A stretch of DNA of 64,000 nucleotides from Gammaproteobacteria bacterium (GCA_965209035.1 OZ242372.1:1760001-1824000); one strand, 5' to 3'; shown: positions 17,997 to 28,924, counted from the first letter of the stretch. A program made the numbers and translations. Notes: a model not told the origin generated them from the letters alone.

Positions 17997-19672
17997 AGTC
18001 CGTTGGCATGGCGGGACGCCGAGTCCGTATTCTTTTAATTTTCTTCGCGATGGTAAGCGGGTTGCTTGTGTATCGTTTGGCGGAGATTCAGTTTTTTTAT
18101 CCGCACAAACAAGAGATCGTCGGCATTAAGGAAAGACAGGTCAATCTGTTTTATCGGCAGCCGCGGCGTGCTGACATTCTGGACAGAAACGGCGAGCCTT
18201 TGGCAGTCAGTGTGGAAACTTTTTCTTTGTATGCAGGTCGCGCCAACTTTCTTGCAACCAACACGGACCGAAAACGAAAGTTGTTGTTTGACTTTTTACT
18301 GGAACGAAAAAAACTGAGAAGCCCGGTGCCGGATGCGCCGGATCAGTCCGAACGCAAGACCCTGCTTCTGGCGGAGCGATTAACACCCGGCGAAGCCAAG
18401 TACATTCGCAGTTTGCGCCTGCAAGGAGTTTGGCTGGATGCACACTACACCAGGTATTATCCGGCCTCCGAAGTGGCGGCATCCTTGGTTGGCTTTGTGG
18501 ATAAGGATAATCGCGGCATAGAAGGATTGGAATTGCTTTACGACAAACGGCTCAACGGCGAAAAAAGAGAAGAACGATTATTGCGAGATGCGCACGGACA
18601 GGTGATTAAGGTGTTGGCTGCGGATAACAAACCCGAAGAAAGAAGTGCGTTGCAGCTTTCTTTAGATTTGCAATTGCAATATATGGCGTATCATCATCTT
18701 GTCGAAGGGATACGCTCAAGCGATGCGATATCCGGTAATCTGATTACTTTGGATGTCCATACCGGCGAGGTTTATGCGATGGCACAATACCCTTCGTTTA
18801 ATCCGAATAATCGGAAACGATTGGATGTTAATGCGGTTCGTAATCGCGCGCTGACAGATGTTTTTGAACCGGGTTCCACGATTAAGCCAATCATTCTCAG
18901 TGCCATTCTGGAACAAAAGAACCTTCCCGCCGATTATAGGGTGGATACCGCACCGGGTTATCTTCGGCGCGGTGACCTTCTCATTCGGGATGCCCGGAAC
19001 TTACACAAATTGAATCTTAATGAGGTGATTGCCAAATCCAGTAATGTTGCAATGGTAAAAATATCCGAACAGACGGATCCGCGTCTGTTGTTGAGGACGC
19101 TGAACAGACTCGGGTTGGGCAGGCGGACGGGAAGTTTGTTTCCCGGTGAGCGAGAGGGCTACTTGCCGCTTAGACCTTTGACGAGCACGGGGCGAGCGAC
19201 TCTGGCATACGGATATGGGTTGTCCATAACGGCGATCCAGCTGGCAAAGACCTATGGCGTCCTGGCAAACGGCGGAGATGATTTTTATGTAAATTTTGTT
19301 AAAACGGAAACCGAAGATAAGATGCCCGTGTTGGAAGAGAGAATTGCTATCCGAGTGATGGAAGCGTTGAAGCGGGTGGTTGCCCCGGGTGCGACGGGTG
19401 CGGCCGCCGGAGTAGATGGCTATGAGGTTGCCGGCAAAACCGGAACAGTGCATAAAAGTAACAGTGCCGGCGGTTATGATAAGAGCAAGTATCTTGCAAT
19501 ATTTGTGGGTATCGCGCCGAGCGATAACCCGCGCTTTGTTACGCTGGTGTTATTGGACGAACCCGGGACGAACAAGTATTACGGCGGCGAGGCGGCGGCC
19601 CCCGTCTTTTCGGCTTATATGCGCGATCTGTTTCGCATTTATGGGATCACACCGCAGCAGGGGAATACATGA
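17993..19672 (+). CDS. ftsI: Peptidoglycan transpeptidase PBP3
   Basis: RADILDRNG, EPGSTIK (SxxK), KSSN (SxN), GKTGT (KTG). Confidence 0.95.
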   Translation: MKSVGMAGRRVRILLIFFAMVSGLLVYRLAEIQFFYPHKQEIVGIKERQVNLFYRQPRRADILDRNGEPLAVSVETFSLYAGRANFLATNTDRKRKLLFDFLLERKKLRSPVPDAPDQSERKTLLLAERLTPGEAKYIRSLRLQGVWLDAHYTRYYPASEVAASLVGFVDKDNRGIEGLELLYDKRLNGEKREERLLRDAHGQVIKVLAADNKPEERSALQLSLDLQLQYMAYHHLVEGIRSSDAISGNLITLDVHTGEVYAMAQYPSFNPNNRKRLDVNAVRNRALTDVFEPGSTIKPIILSAILEQKNLPADYRVDTAPGYLRRGDLLIRDARNLHKLNLNEVIAKSSNVAMVKISEQTDPRLLLRTLNRLGLGRRTGSLFPGEREGYLPLRPLTSTGRATLAYGYGLSITAIQLAKTYGVLANGGDDFYVNFVKTETEDKMPVLEERIAIRVMEALKRVVAPGATGAAAGVDGYEVAGKTGTVHKSNSAGGYDKSKYLAIFVGIAPSDNPRFVTLVLLDEPGTNKYYGGEAAAPVFSAYMRDLFRIYGITPQQGNT

Positions 19673-21225
19673 TGACAGATCGGCAGGGCAAAAGTATTGC
19701 CGAAGTGCTGGGTCATCTTGCAAGTCAGTCCTCACACAAATTGTCCGATGCACTTTTGCAAACAAAGGTGAGCGGTCTGGCGTTGCACAGCGATCAAGTT
19801 TGCCCCGGGCTGGGGTTTGTCAGCCTAACTCCGTTTGGTAAAAACCCGAACGGGGAAAACGCGAAAGAAGAACTTCAACATACCAAACTTGCCCAACAGC
19901 GAGGAGCCGTTGCTCTGTTTTTGGAAGCGGACAAGAAGTCAATTTACGAGAAGTCCCTGTCCTGCCCCGGTATGCCGATTGTTCCGATTGCCAACTTGCG
20001 TGCCAACTTGAGTGTTCTTGCGGATAATTATTATGGTAAAGACAGGGTTGATTGGATCGGTGTTACGGGGACCAACGGCAAAAGTTCGGTTGCGGATCTG
20101 ATCGCCCGGGGACTCTGTGCCATGGGCGAGACATGCGGGGTTGTGGGCACAGTCTACAAGGGAATGCCGGATGCTCCTTGGGGTGCTCCTTGGGATGCTC
20201 CGGGTATGACAACGCCGGATATTTTTGAAATGCGCCGTATCGGGGCGGAGTTCGCCCGCAAAAACATATTTAGGTCCCTGGTGGAATGCTCCTCGCACGG
20301 CCTGGCGCAAGGAAGATTGGCGGGGTTGAATATTTCCGGCGGTATCTTTACCAATCTGTCGCCGGAACATCGGGACGATCACCCCGATTTTGAAGACTAT
20401 GCGGCTGCCAAGAAGCGTTTATTTTCATACCCCGGATTACGGCTGGCGGTGTTTAACAGAGATGATTCTTACGGTAAAAAGTGGTTTGAAGAATATCGTT
20501 CCACCAAGCAATGCTTGGATTTTAGTTTGAAAGATCAAAATGCCGCCGTGCATGCTCTTTCGGTCCGAAAACGCTTGGACGGTATTCGTGCCGAGGTAGG
20601 GACCCCTGCGGGGCGCGGGATTCTAAAATCATCCGTGCCGACCGTCTGGTCATTGGCGAACAAGATGACCGCTCTGGCAATTCTGTTGTTATTGGGAAAA
20701 GATCTGAAAGAGTCTCTGACAGTTCTTAATCGCGTCGAATCGCTCAGAGGCAGGATGCAGCGATTACGCAGCGCGGGTGCGAACTATTTTGTGGATTATG
20801 CCCATACTCCCGAAGCCTTGACATTGACTCTGCAAGATTTGCGCGCCGTTTGCTCGGGTGAGCTATGTGTTCTGTTTGGTTGTGGCGGTGAAAGAGACAA
20901 AGAAAAACGCGGCGAAATGGGGGCAACCGCGGCCCGTTATGCCGATAAGATCATTCTGACAAACGACAACCCGCGTTCGGAAGATCCTTCCCGGATCATT
21001 GCGGACATCATCGGCGGCATGTCCGAAATCGGCCAGCGCAGCCAACTCGTTGTGGAGGCGGACAGACGCAATGCCCTTGAAATTGCCGTGCGCGAAACCA
21101 AGCGGCGGGATATTGTGTTGGTGGCGGGCAAGGGGCATGAGTCCTATCAAGAGATCGGCGGGAAGAAATACAAGTTTGACGACTATGCCTGCTTGCGGGG
21201 GATGGTGCATGCGGAAAATGTTTAG
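19669..21225 (+). CDS. murE: UDP-MurNAc-Ala-Glu--meso-DAP ligase
   Basis: GVTGTNGKSS, ECSSHGL, VDYAHTP, DNPRSE, AGKGHE. Confidence 0.96.
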   Translation: MMTDRQGKSIAEVLGHLASQSSHKLSDALLQTKVSGLALHSDQVCPGLGFVSLTPFGKNPNGENAKEELQHTKLAQQRGAVALFLEADKKSIYEKSLSCPGMPIVPIANLRANLSVLADNYYGKDRVDWIGVTGTNGKSSVADLIARGLCAMGETCGVVGTVYKGMPDAPWGAPWDAPGMTTPDIFEMRRIGAEFARKNIFRSLVECSSHGLAQGRLAGLNISGGIFTNLSPEHRDDHPDFEDYAAAKKRLFSYPGLRLAVFNRDDSYGKKWFEEYRSTKQCLDFSLKDQNAAVHALSVRKRLDGIRAEVGTPAGRGILKSSVPTVWSLANKMTALAILLLLGKDLKESLTVLNRVESLRGRMQRLRSAGANYFVDYAHTPEALTLTLQDLRAVCSGELCVLFGCGGERDKEKRGEMGATAARYADKIILTNDNPRSEDPSRIIADIIGGMSEIGQRSQLVVEADRRNALEIAVRETKRRDIVLVAGKGHESYQEIGGKKYKFDDYACLRGMVHAENV

Positions 21226-22690
21226 TATGCCGGAAATCGCCGGGGCATTGGGAACGGATTCTCCGCAGGATGCGGCCAGCCTGCATTTTGACAGGGTCAG
21301 CACGGATACGCGCAGTTTGCGGGCGGGCGATCTGTTTGTCGCCCTAAAAGGCAAAAATTATAACGGGCATGATTTTTTGAAATTGGCACTGGAAAAAGGG
21401 GCGAGTGCGTTTGTCTTAAGCGAGAAACGAAGAACCGGGGTACCGACATTATTTGTGGAAGATACCGCCGCCGCCCTGGGGCGTCTTGGCTCTTTAAATC
21501 GTCTGGCATGGCAAGGCGATGTCCTGGCGGTTACCGGCAGTTTTGGCAAGACCACCGTAAAGGATATGTTGAATTGCATGCTTTCCGGTCTGGGAAAAAC
21601 ATTTGCCACCAAAGGCAATTTGAATAATCATTTGGGTGTGCCAATGACGCTGTTGCGGTTGGGGTCGGTGTCGCAAGATGAGCATGCGTTCGCGATAATT
21701 GAGTTGGGAGCCGACAAGCCGGGAGAGATTGATTATTGTGCCTCTCTGGTTAAGCCAAATGTTGCCGTTATTACCGGAGTGGGGTCGGCACATCTGAGCG
21801 GTTTTGGTAACAGGGACGGTGTGGCGGAAGAGAAAGCAAAAATTTTGAGGCACCTGACAGCGGACGGTGTGGCGGTTGTGCCGGCCGAGAGCCCCTATGA
21901 CGCACTTTGGCGGCAAGAAGCGGCCGGCCGGCGAATCATCCGCTACGGCAAGGCCGGGTCCGATTTGGCGGATGTGGAAATAGAAGATTGTCGCCAACAA
22001 AGAAACGCAATCTCATTTGTTCTGAAAGCGAACTTAAAAAAAGAACTTGTTAAAAAAGAAATTTTTGTCCCTGTCCTCGGCGTGCATAATTGCCACAATG
22101 CGGCCGCGGCCTTTGCCGCTATCCTGGCACTTGGCGAAAACAAGTTCCGCCGGGACGAACCCGCCAAATCTTTGGAACATTATGGCGGGTCATCCGGCAG
22201 ATTGCAGCCGCATACTTTGGGGCGTCGGGGGGGGCGTCGGGGGGGGTACCGGATGGGGCAGCAGGGGGAGCATCACGGCGGCCTTTTGATAGACGACAGT
22301 TATAACGCCAACCCCGATTCCGTTCGGGAGGCCATGCACACTCTGGCATCTTTTGACGGCTACAAAATCTTGGTGTTGGGTGATATGTTGGAACTCGGCG
22401 CCGAAGAAGAAGAGAAGGAACACAGAAATCTGGGCGACCTTGCGGCGGAACTCGGCTTGGACGAGGTCCTTGCATACGGCAAGTTGGCCGGCTTGGCGGT
22501 TACCCGCTTAACAGAAAAGAGAAAGCAAACACCGCGGGGCAAGGTGTTTGGCAGTAAGGCCGAACTCACGGAGCATCTGCTTGGCAAGGACTTGGAAAAG
22601 ATGATTTGTTTGGTTAAAGGCAGTCGCGGTGCCGGTATGGAGACGGTCGTCGCGGCAATTCTCGCGAAGTTTGGAGACAACAAAAAATGA
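21209..22690 (+). CDS. murF: UDP-MurNAc-tripeptide--D-Ala-D-Ala ligase
   Basis: STDTR, TGSFGKTTVK, NNHLGVP, DDSYNANP, LVKGSRG. Likely start ATG 21209 or 21218; the track start at 20999 overlaps murE. Confidence 0.95.
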   Translation: MRKMFSMPEIAGALGTDSPQDAASLHFDRVSTDTRSLRAGDLFVALKGKNYNGHDFLKLALEKGASAFVLSEKRRTGVPTLFVEDTAAALGRLGSLNRLAWQGDVLAVTGSFGKTTVKDMLNCMLSGLGKTFATKGNLNNHLGVPMTLLRLGSVSQDEHAFAIIELGADKPGEIDYCASLVKPNVAVITGVGSAHLSGFGNRDGVAEEKAKILRHLTADGVAVVPAESPYDALWRQEAAGRRIIRYGKAGSDLADVEIEDCRQQRNAISFVLKANLKKELVKKEIFVPVLGVHNCHNAAAAFAAILALGENKFRRDEPAKSLEHYGGSSGRLQPHTLGRRGGRRGGYRMGQQGEHHGGLLIDDSYNANPDSVREAMHTLASFDGYKILVLGDMLELGAEEEEKEHRNLGDLAAELGLDEVLAYGKLAGLAVTRLTEKRKQTPRGKVFGSKAELTEHLLGKDLEKMICLVKGSRGAGMETVVAAILAKFGDNKK

Positions 22691-23769
22691 TTGTTTATCT
22701 CCTTGATTACCTCAACATGCTGAGCAGTTTGTTTGATGTTTTTCGCTATATTACCTTACGCACCATACTGAGCACCATCACCTCTTTGTTTATCACCCTG
22801 ATATTCGGCCCGCACATCATTGCTTACTTGGAAAAACTGCGCGCACACCAGGTCATCCGCAAAGAAGGTCCCAAGAGCCATCATCAAAAAACCGGCACTC
22901 CGACTATGGGCGGTCTGCTGATAGCCGGTGCCACCCTGATCTCTTGCTTGTTATGGGCGAATATCGGTATTTTGAGTATCCAACTTCTGATGTTCACCCT
23001 TGTTTTTTATGCGTTGTTGGGGCTTGCGGATGATTATCGTAAGATCAAAAGAGGCGACTCCGGGGGGATGCCGGCAAAAGAGAAGTTTTTTTGGCAGTCG
23101 GCTATCGCACTTTTTGTGGTGATCGTTCTTTATTACGGCGCCGAGTTTGATGCCGAGACGCAACTGATATTCCCTATTTTTAAGGATATCATTTGTGACA
23201 TGGGTCCCGGTTTTATTTTGTTGGGATACCTGGTGATGGTGTCTTCGGTCAACTCGGTCAATATGACGGATGGGCTGGATGGCCTCGTGCTGATTCCGAC
23301 CATTCTGATTATGAGTGCGATGATGGTCTTCGCCTATGTGACAGGAAACTTTATCATGGCCGATTATTTGCAATTACCCTATATCCCCAATCTGGGCGAG
23401 ATCTCGGTGTTTGGCGGCGCTCTCATCGGTGCCTGTTTGGGATTTCTTTGGTATAACACCTATCCGGCTCAGATTTTTATGGGGGATACCGGTTCCATGC
23501 TACTGGGCGGTTGTTTGGGTTTGGTGGCGATTTTGGTGCGCCAAGAAATTGTTTACTTTGTGATGAGCGGTGTTTTTGTCGCCGAGACCCTATCCGTGAT
23601 GATTCAGGTCGGCGGTTATAAACTCTTTGGCAGACGGCTGTTTCGCATGGCACCCTTACATCACCATTTTGAATTGATGGGAATCCCCGAACCGAAGGTG
23701 ATCGTTCGTTTTTGGATAGTGACCCTGGTTCTTGTTGCCGTGGGCCTGGCAACCTTAAAGATTCGTTAG
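22687..23769 (+). CDS. mraY: Phospho-MurNAc-pentapeptide transferase
   Basis: KTGTPTMGG, NMTDGLDGL, FMGDTGS, MAPLHHHFE. Confidence 0.97.
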   Translation: MIVYLLDYLNMLSSLFDVFRYITLRTILSTITSLFITLIFGPHIIAYLEKLRAHQVIRKEGPKSHHQKTGTPTMGGLLIAGATLISCLLWANIGILSIQLLMFTLVFYALLGLADDYRKIKRGDSGGMPAKEKFFWQSAIALFVVIVLYYGAEFDAETQLIFPIFKDIICDMGPGFILLGYLVMVSSVNSVNMTDGLDGLVLIPTILIMSAMMVFAYVTGNFIMADYLQLPYIPNLGEISVFGGALIGACLGFLWYNTYPAQIFMGDTGSMLLGGCLGLVAILVRQEIVYFVMSGVFVAETLSVMIQVGGYKLFGRRLFRMAPLHHHFELMGIPEPKVIVRFWIVTLVLVAVGLATLKIR

Positions 23770-23782
23770 AGGGTATTTTCGC

Positions 23783-25195
23783 ATGATGTCCGCGGAACAA
23801 AGTATCGCAACGGATAAGAGACGGCTGGTGATTGGTCTCGGCGAAACCGGCCGCTCCGTCGCATATTACCTGAAGAAACAAGGGTTGCCTTTTGCTTTGG
23901 CGGACACGCGTGCCGAGCCTCCTTATGCGCGCGAACTGACGGAGCGGATGCCGGAAACGGACATTCGTCTCGGCGAGGTGCCAACCGAGTGGGTGGAAAA
24001 AGCGGATGAACTTGTCATCAGCCCGGGGTTTGATCCGCGACGGGAGATGATTCGACAAGCCAAAGAATCGGGGAAATCTGTCGTAGGCGACTTGGAATTA
24101 TTTTGCCGCGTGGCAACCCGACCGATTGTAGCGGTTAGCGGCTCCAATGCAAAGAGCACGGTGGTTTCCCTGTTATCTCATATTGCGGATTCCTTAAAAT
24201 TGAACGCGCCTTGCGGCGGTAACCTGGGTAAGCCGGTCTTAAGTCTTTTGGACGAAAAGGCGGATCTCTATATTTTGGAGGTTTCCAGTTTTCAGTTGGA
24301 AACAACGGATAGTATGCACGCGGATCCGGCCTGCCTGCTTAATTTGAGTCAGGATCATTTGGACCGATACAAGAACTTGGAAGATTATTATCGGGCAAAG
24401 CAGCGTATTTTTTCCGGCTGCGCGTCCGCGGTATTCAACCGGGATGATAAGTTAACCAGGCCGCTGTTTTTACCGGCTAACCGAGTGAGGCGTTTTGGCG
24501 GCGGACCGCCGGACATAGGCGATTTCGGGCTGTTGTTTAAAGGAGAGGAAACCTACCTGGCGTGCGGCGGTAAATTCTTGTTGGGAACGCGCGAGCTTCT
24601 TTTGCGCGGTCGGCACAATCATACCAATGTTCTTGCCGCTCTTGCGATGGCGGATCTGCTCGGCTGGTTGGATGTGCAACGGGAAGCGGTGCTAAATGCT
24701 TGCAAGACCTTTCGCCCCTTGCCGCATCGCTACGAAAGCGCAGGGACCCATACGGGAGTCGAATACATCAATGATTCCAAGGCAACAAATCCCGGCGCAA
24801 CTTGCGCCGCCTTGCGGGGTGTGGCGCATGACTATAAGTTCGTTCATCTCATTTTGGGAGGCAGTTCCAAGCAAGCGGATTTTGGGGAATTGGCAAAGGA
24901 ACTTGCAAAGATTCCCTGCCGAGTTTACTTAATCGGCGAAGAAGGAAAGAGGATCCGGGAATTTCTGTTACCCGGCACCGAGTATCTTTTGTTTTCCAAA
25001 GAAGAGCATCGCAAGGACGGGCTCACGGCGGCGTTTCAACGCATTGCCGGGGAGGCGCAAGCGGGCGAACTGGTCTTGTTGTCGCCCGCTTGTGCCAGTT
25101 ATGACGATTATCGGGATTATGCCGAAAGAGGAACGCATTTTAAGGAACTTGTGAAATCTTTGGTAAAAACCGGCGCGGAAGAAAATGAAGACTAA
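23783..25195 (+). CDS. murD: UDP-MurNAc-Ala--D-Glu ligase
   Basis: GSNAKSTV, LEVSSFQLE, INDSKATN, LLSPACAS. Confidence 0.96.
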   Translation: MMSAEQSIATDKRRLVIGLGETGRSVAYYLKKQGLPFALADTRAEPPYARELTERMPETDIRLGEVPTEWVEKADELVISPGFDPRREMIRQAKESGKSVVGDLELFCRVATRPIVAVSGSNAKSTVVSLLSHIADSLKLNAPCGGNLGKPVLSLLDEKADLYILEVSSFQLETTDSMHADPACLLNLSQDHLDRYKNLEDYYRAKQRIFSGCASAVFNRDDKLTRPLFLPANRVRRFGGGPPDIGDFGLLFKGEETYLACGGKFLLGTRELLLRGRHNHTNVLAALAMADLLGWLDVQREAVLNACKTFRPLPHRYESAGTHTGVEYINDSKATNPGATCAALRGVAHDYKFVHLILGGSSKQADFGELAKELAKIPCRVYLIGEEGKRIREFLLPGTEYLLFSKEEHRKDGLTAAFQRIAGEAQAGELVLLSPACASYDDYRDYAERGTHFKELVKSLVKTGAEENED

Positions 25196-26366
25196 CAGAT
25201 TCCTATTCTTATTCCTGCCCGAACTCAGGGAAAATTCGCCCTATGCGATACTGATATTGGCATCCGTGATCATTTTGACTTTGAGCGGGTTAATTCTAAA
25301 TATGTCGGCATCCACTGCCTATGCCGAATATTATTTTGACCGACCTTTTTACTTCGGTATTCGGCATTTAATTTTTTTAATAGTCGGCTTTTTGGTCATG
25401 TGGGCTGCCACCATACTCCCCTTATCATTTTGGAGAAAGCACAGTCTTCTGTTTTTATTGATTTCCGTTGTCTTGGTGTCGCTGGTTTTTTTTGACGGCA
25501 TTGGCAAGTCGGTGAATGCGAGTTCTCGCTGGCTTGACCTGAGCTTCTTTTCCGTTCAACCCGCTGAGATCTTGAAGTTCACCTTGCCGTTATTTTTATC
25601 CGCTTATTTGAGTCGCCGGACAGAGCAATTGGAAAACGGCTGGCAGCCTATAGTTGTAGTCCTGGTTGTTGTTGGTTTTGTCAATTTTCTGTTATTGCTG
25701 CAGCCCGATTTTGGCGGCCTCGTTCTTTTAAGTTTAATGGCCGTTACTCTTCTTTTTTTTAGCGGGATGCGCTGGGGGCATCTGATCTTTTTGTCTTTGG
25801 CGGGGACCGGGTTATTTTTCTTATTGACGGTGATCCAACCCTACCGATTGGACCGTCTCCGCTGCCTTACGGATGAGAATGTATGGAATCTGTTTTTTGA
25901 CAAGTGTTATCAAATCGGTCATTCTATTATTGCAATAGAGCGCGGCGGATTGTTTGGTCGCGGTCCGGGAGAAAGTATTCAGAAATATTTTTACTTGCCG
26001 GAAGCCTATACGGATTTCATTTTTTCTATCATGGCCGAAGAGTGGGGTTTTCTGATATGCCTTCTGTTACTGGGTCTGTTTGGCTTTATGTGTGTGTGTG
26101 TATTGTTGAACGGTGTTCGCATGATTGAGAACGGACAACAGTTTGCCGGCTATCTCCTGTGCGGCATATCCGTTCTTTGGATTAGCCAGACATTAATTAA
26201 TGTGGGTGTTTCCTTGGGATATTTCCCAATTACCGGGATGTCTTTGCCATTCTTCAGTTACGGCGGTTCCAGTCTCATGGTGAATATGTTTTTAACCGGA
26301 ATCTGCATCCGTTGTTTGACGGAGGATGCCAGTTTTCGCGCACAGGCGGAGGCACAACCTCTGTGA
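25185..26366 (+). CDS. ftsW: SEDS peptidoglycan polymerase FtsW
   Basis: Multi-TM protein; QPAEILK, LLQPDFG, LPEAYTDFIFS, PFFSYGGSS. Confidence 0.95.
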   Translation: MKTNRFLFLFLPELRENSPYAILILASVIILTLSGLILNMSASTAYAEYYFDRPFYFGIRHLIFLIVGFLVMWAATILPLSFWRKHSLLFLLISVVLVSLVFFDGIGKSVNASSRWLDLSFFSVQPAEILKFTLPLFLSAYLSRRTEQLENGWQPIVVVLVVVGFVNFLLLLQPDFGGLVLLSLMAVTLLFFSGMRWGHLIFLSLAGTGLFFLLTVIQPYRLDRLRCLTDENVWNLFFDKCYQIGHSIIAIERGGLFGRGPGESIQKYFYLPEAYTDFIFSIMAEEWGFLICLLLLGLFGFMCVCVLLNGVRMIENGQQFAGYLLCGISVLWISQTLINVGVSLGYFPITGMSLPFFSYGGSSLMVNMFLTGICIRCLTEDASFRAQAEAQPL

Positions 26367-27505
26367 AGTCTGTTGTGATAGCGGCCGGCGGCAGCGGCGG
26401 TCATATCGTTCCCGCTCTTGCCGTGGCACGCGAGTTTCACAAACGCAAGGTGTTGCGTGTTTTTTGGTTGGGCGGCCGACGAATGCAGGATAGTATTCTT
26501 AAAACGGAAGACTTTCCCGTGCATACGATTTTGCTCAGACCCTTGCGCGGCGGCGGCCTCTGGCGCAAACCGGTTTACTTTTTGTCCTTGCCTGTTGCCT
26601 TTGTGCAGGCATTGGTTATTTTTTTGCGGGTGCGCGCATCGGCCGTATTTTCCACGGGCGGTTATGCGGTATTTCCGGCCGCATTGGTTGCGGGATTGTT
26701 GGGCTTGCCCTTGTTCTTGCAAGAACAGAATTCTCGTTGGAGCCTGGCGAGCCGCTTGCTGCTTCCTTTTGCTCGCCGGGTTTACACGGCATATCCGAAT
26801 ATGCAAACCAAACAAAGACTGCGGACGAAGATCCGTTGCACGGGGAATCCCTTGCTCGCTTCGGACAAACCGGAATTGCCTCCCGCCGAGCGTTATTCTC
26901 GGCGGCGGGGACCTCTCAGACTCTTGGTTACGGGTGGCAGTCAGGGCGCGCGAGCATTGAATGAATTGGTGCCGCAGGCACTGGCGGCGGCATCAAAGAA
27001 TAGAACAGTCTGGGAGGTGCGCCATCAGTGCGGCAAGGGTTGGCGGCGGCAAACGCTTGCCAATTATGAACAAAGAAATCTGAAAGCGGAGGTGCGTGAA
27101 TTCATCCCCAAAATCAAACAAGATTATCTGTGGGCGGATCTGGTCGTCTCGCGGTCCGGCGCGATGACTCTCCTGGATATCATGTCCGTCGGCGTGGCGT
27201 CTTTTCTTGTGCCCTTTCCGTATGCGACCGATGATCACCAATGGTTTAATGCCCGTTATTTTGCGGATCGGCAAGCGGCCCTTTTGGCAAGGCAAGATGA
27301 GGCGGCCGACCAACTGCGAGAATTTTTTGACGGCTTAAACCCGCTTTCCTCGGATCTGCCCGTTCGGTCATCAACTACCAAGCCGGATTATGAAAAGAGC
27401 CGCAAGCGTTTGTCCGCAATAGCGCAAAAGATATACATCTTGCACCGGCCGAATGCCACGCAAGATATCGCGGACAGTATCACGGAGGAGTTGCAATGCG
27501 CTTAG
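26363..27505 (+). CDS. murG: Lipid II GlcNAc transferase
   Basis: GGSGGHIVPA, TGGY, EQN, GGSQGA, RSGAMT; GTG start at 26363. Confidence 0.96.
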   Translation: MKSVVIAAGGSGGHIVPALAVAREFHKRKVLRVFWLGGRRMQDSILKTEDFPVHTILLRPLRGGGLWRKPVYFLSLPVAFVQALVIFLRVRASAVFSTGGYAVFPAALVAGLLGLPLFLQEQNSRWSLASRLLLPFARRVYTAYPNMQTKQRLRTKIRCTGNPLLASDKPELPPAERYSRRRGPLRLLVTGGSQGARALNELVPQALAAASKNRTVWEVRHQCGKGWRRQTLANYEQRNLKAEVREFIPKIKQDYLWADLVVSRSGAMTLLDIMSVGVASFLVPFPYATDDHQWFNARYFADRQAALLARQDEAADQLREFFDGLNPLSSDLPVRSSTTKPDYEKSRKRLSAIAQKIYILHRPNATQDIADSITEELQCA

Positions 27506-28917
27506 ACGATATTGCCAAAAAAGGATTGGGAAGAGTGGGACATATTCATTTTGTCGGTGTCGGCGGCTCGGGTATGTGCGGTCTGGCGGAAATCCTCTGT
27601 CGCCTCGGCTATCGCGTCAGTGGCTCCGATATTCAATCTTCGGCATCTCTGGAAAGGTTACGCAAACTCAAAGCAACAATATACACAGCCCATTCGGCGA
27701 AGCAGGTCAGCGGTGCCGATCTGCTGGTGCGTTCGACCGCAATATCCGACCGAAATCCGGAGATTGTTGCCGCCAATAAAAGAGGCATCCCGGTTATCAA
27801 GCGGGCGGAAATGCTGGCGGAGGTGATGCGTTTCGGTCACGGCATAGCCGTAGCGGGAGCACACGGCAAGACCACCACTACCAGTATGTTGGCAAGTGTT
27901 TTGACGGCGAACGGAGAAGACATCACTTTTGTAGTCGGCGGTCTGGTGAAGAGTAGCGGAAGCAATGCCTGTCTCGGTTCGGGCAAGTATGTTGTTGCCG
28001 AAGCCGATGAGAGCGACGCTTCTTTTTTGTACTTGCATCCGGTGATGGCAATTGTAACAAACCTGGATGAGGAGCATCTCAGCGGCTATGGCGGTAAGTT
28101 TGAAAACATAAAAAGTGTCTTTTTACAATTTTTGAAAAACTTGCCCTTTTACGGTTTGGCGGTTCTTTGTTATGAAGATGAATCCTTACGCTCCATGCGG
28201 AAGAAACTGCCTTGCCCGTCCGTCACTTACGGGTTTGACAAGAATGCCGATTATATCGCCGATGGCATCCGTCAACAGGGGACACGCACGGAGTTTCGTG
28301 TGATATTCCCGGACGGCGAAAAAGCCGAAGTCTGCATCAATGTCCCCGGAGCGCACAATGTGTTGAACGCACTTGCCTGTTTGGCTCTCGCCGATCAATT
28401 AAAATTTTCACGCAAGAAGTCGTGCAAGGGTTTGCAACAGTTTGGCGGGGTGGCAAGACGCCAAGATGTTTTGGGCAGCTTTTCCGGCAAAGAGGTTAAA
28501 GATGTTTGTCTGGCGGACGATTACGGCCACCATCCGCGCGAAATAGAAGCAACATTAAACGCGCTAAAAGGCGGTGCCTGCGGCAAAAGATATGTCATGA
28601 TTTTTCAGCCGCACAGGTACACCCGAACGCGCGATCTGTATGACGAGTTTGTGCGGGTTCTCAGTCAGGCGGATATACTCTTGTTGTTGCCCGTTTATGC
28701 GGCCGGCGAGAAGTTCATTGCCGGTGCGGATGCGCGCAGTTTGGCGGGAAGTATTCGGCAGTTCGGTAAGGTGGACCCGATTTATGTGGAAGATATTGCC
28801 GAGTTACCCGGCCTGCTGCGGCGACTGTTACGCAGTGAGGATATGGTGATTACACAGGGTGCCGGTGATATTGCCGGGATTGCTCGAGAGTTGGCAAAAG
28901 AAAGCCTTTACTTGTAA
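27496..28917 (+). CDS. murC: UDP-MurNAc--L-alanine ligase
   Basis: HFVGVGGSGM, GAHGKTTTT, EADESD, DDYGHHP, FQPHRYTRT. Confidence 0.97.
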   Translation: MRLDDIAKKGLGRVGHIHFVGVGGSGMCGLAEILCRLGYRVSGSDIQSSASLERLRKLKATIYTAHSAKQVSGADLLVRSTAISDRNPEIVAANKRGIPVIKRAEMLAEVMRFGHGIAVAGAHGKTTTTSMLASVLTANGEDITFVVGGLVKSSGSNACLGSGKYVVAEADESDASFLYLHPVMAIVTNLDEEHLSGYGGKFENIKSVFLQFLKNLPFYGLAVLCYEDESLRSMRKKLPCPSVTYGFDKNADYIADGIRQQGTRTEFRVIFPDGEKAEVCINVPGAHNVLNALACLALADQLKFSRKKSCKGLQQFGGVARRQDVLGSFSGKEVKDVCLADDYGHHPREIEATLNALKGGACGKRYVMIFQPHRYTRTRDLYDEFVRVLSQADILLLLPVYAAGEKFIAGADARSLAGSIRQFGKVDPIYVEDIAELPGLLRRLLRSEDMVITQGAGDIAGIARELAKESLYL

Positions 28918-28924
28918 GACTCTT

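Noticed and set aside
20999-21208. N-terminal extensions of MurF, RsmI (39881), FtsA (29628) and FtsQ (28859) in the ORF track
   Set aside because: They overlap upstream genes and precede the conserved N-termini; artefacts of longest-ORF calling.
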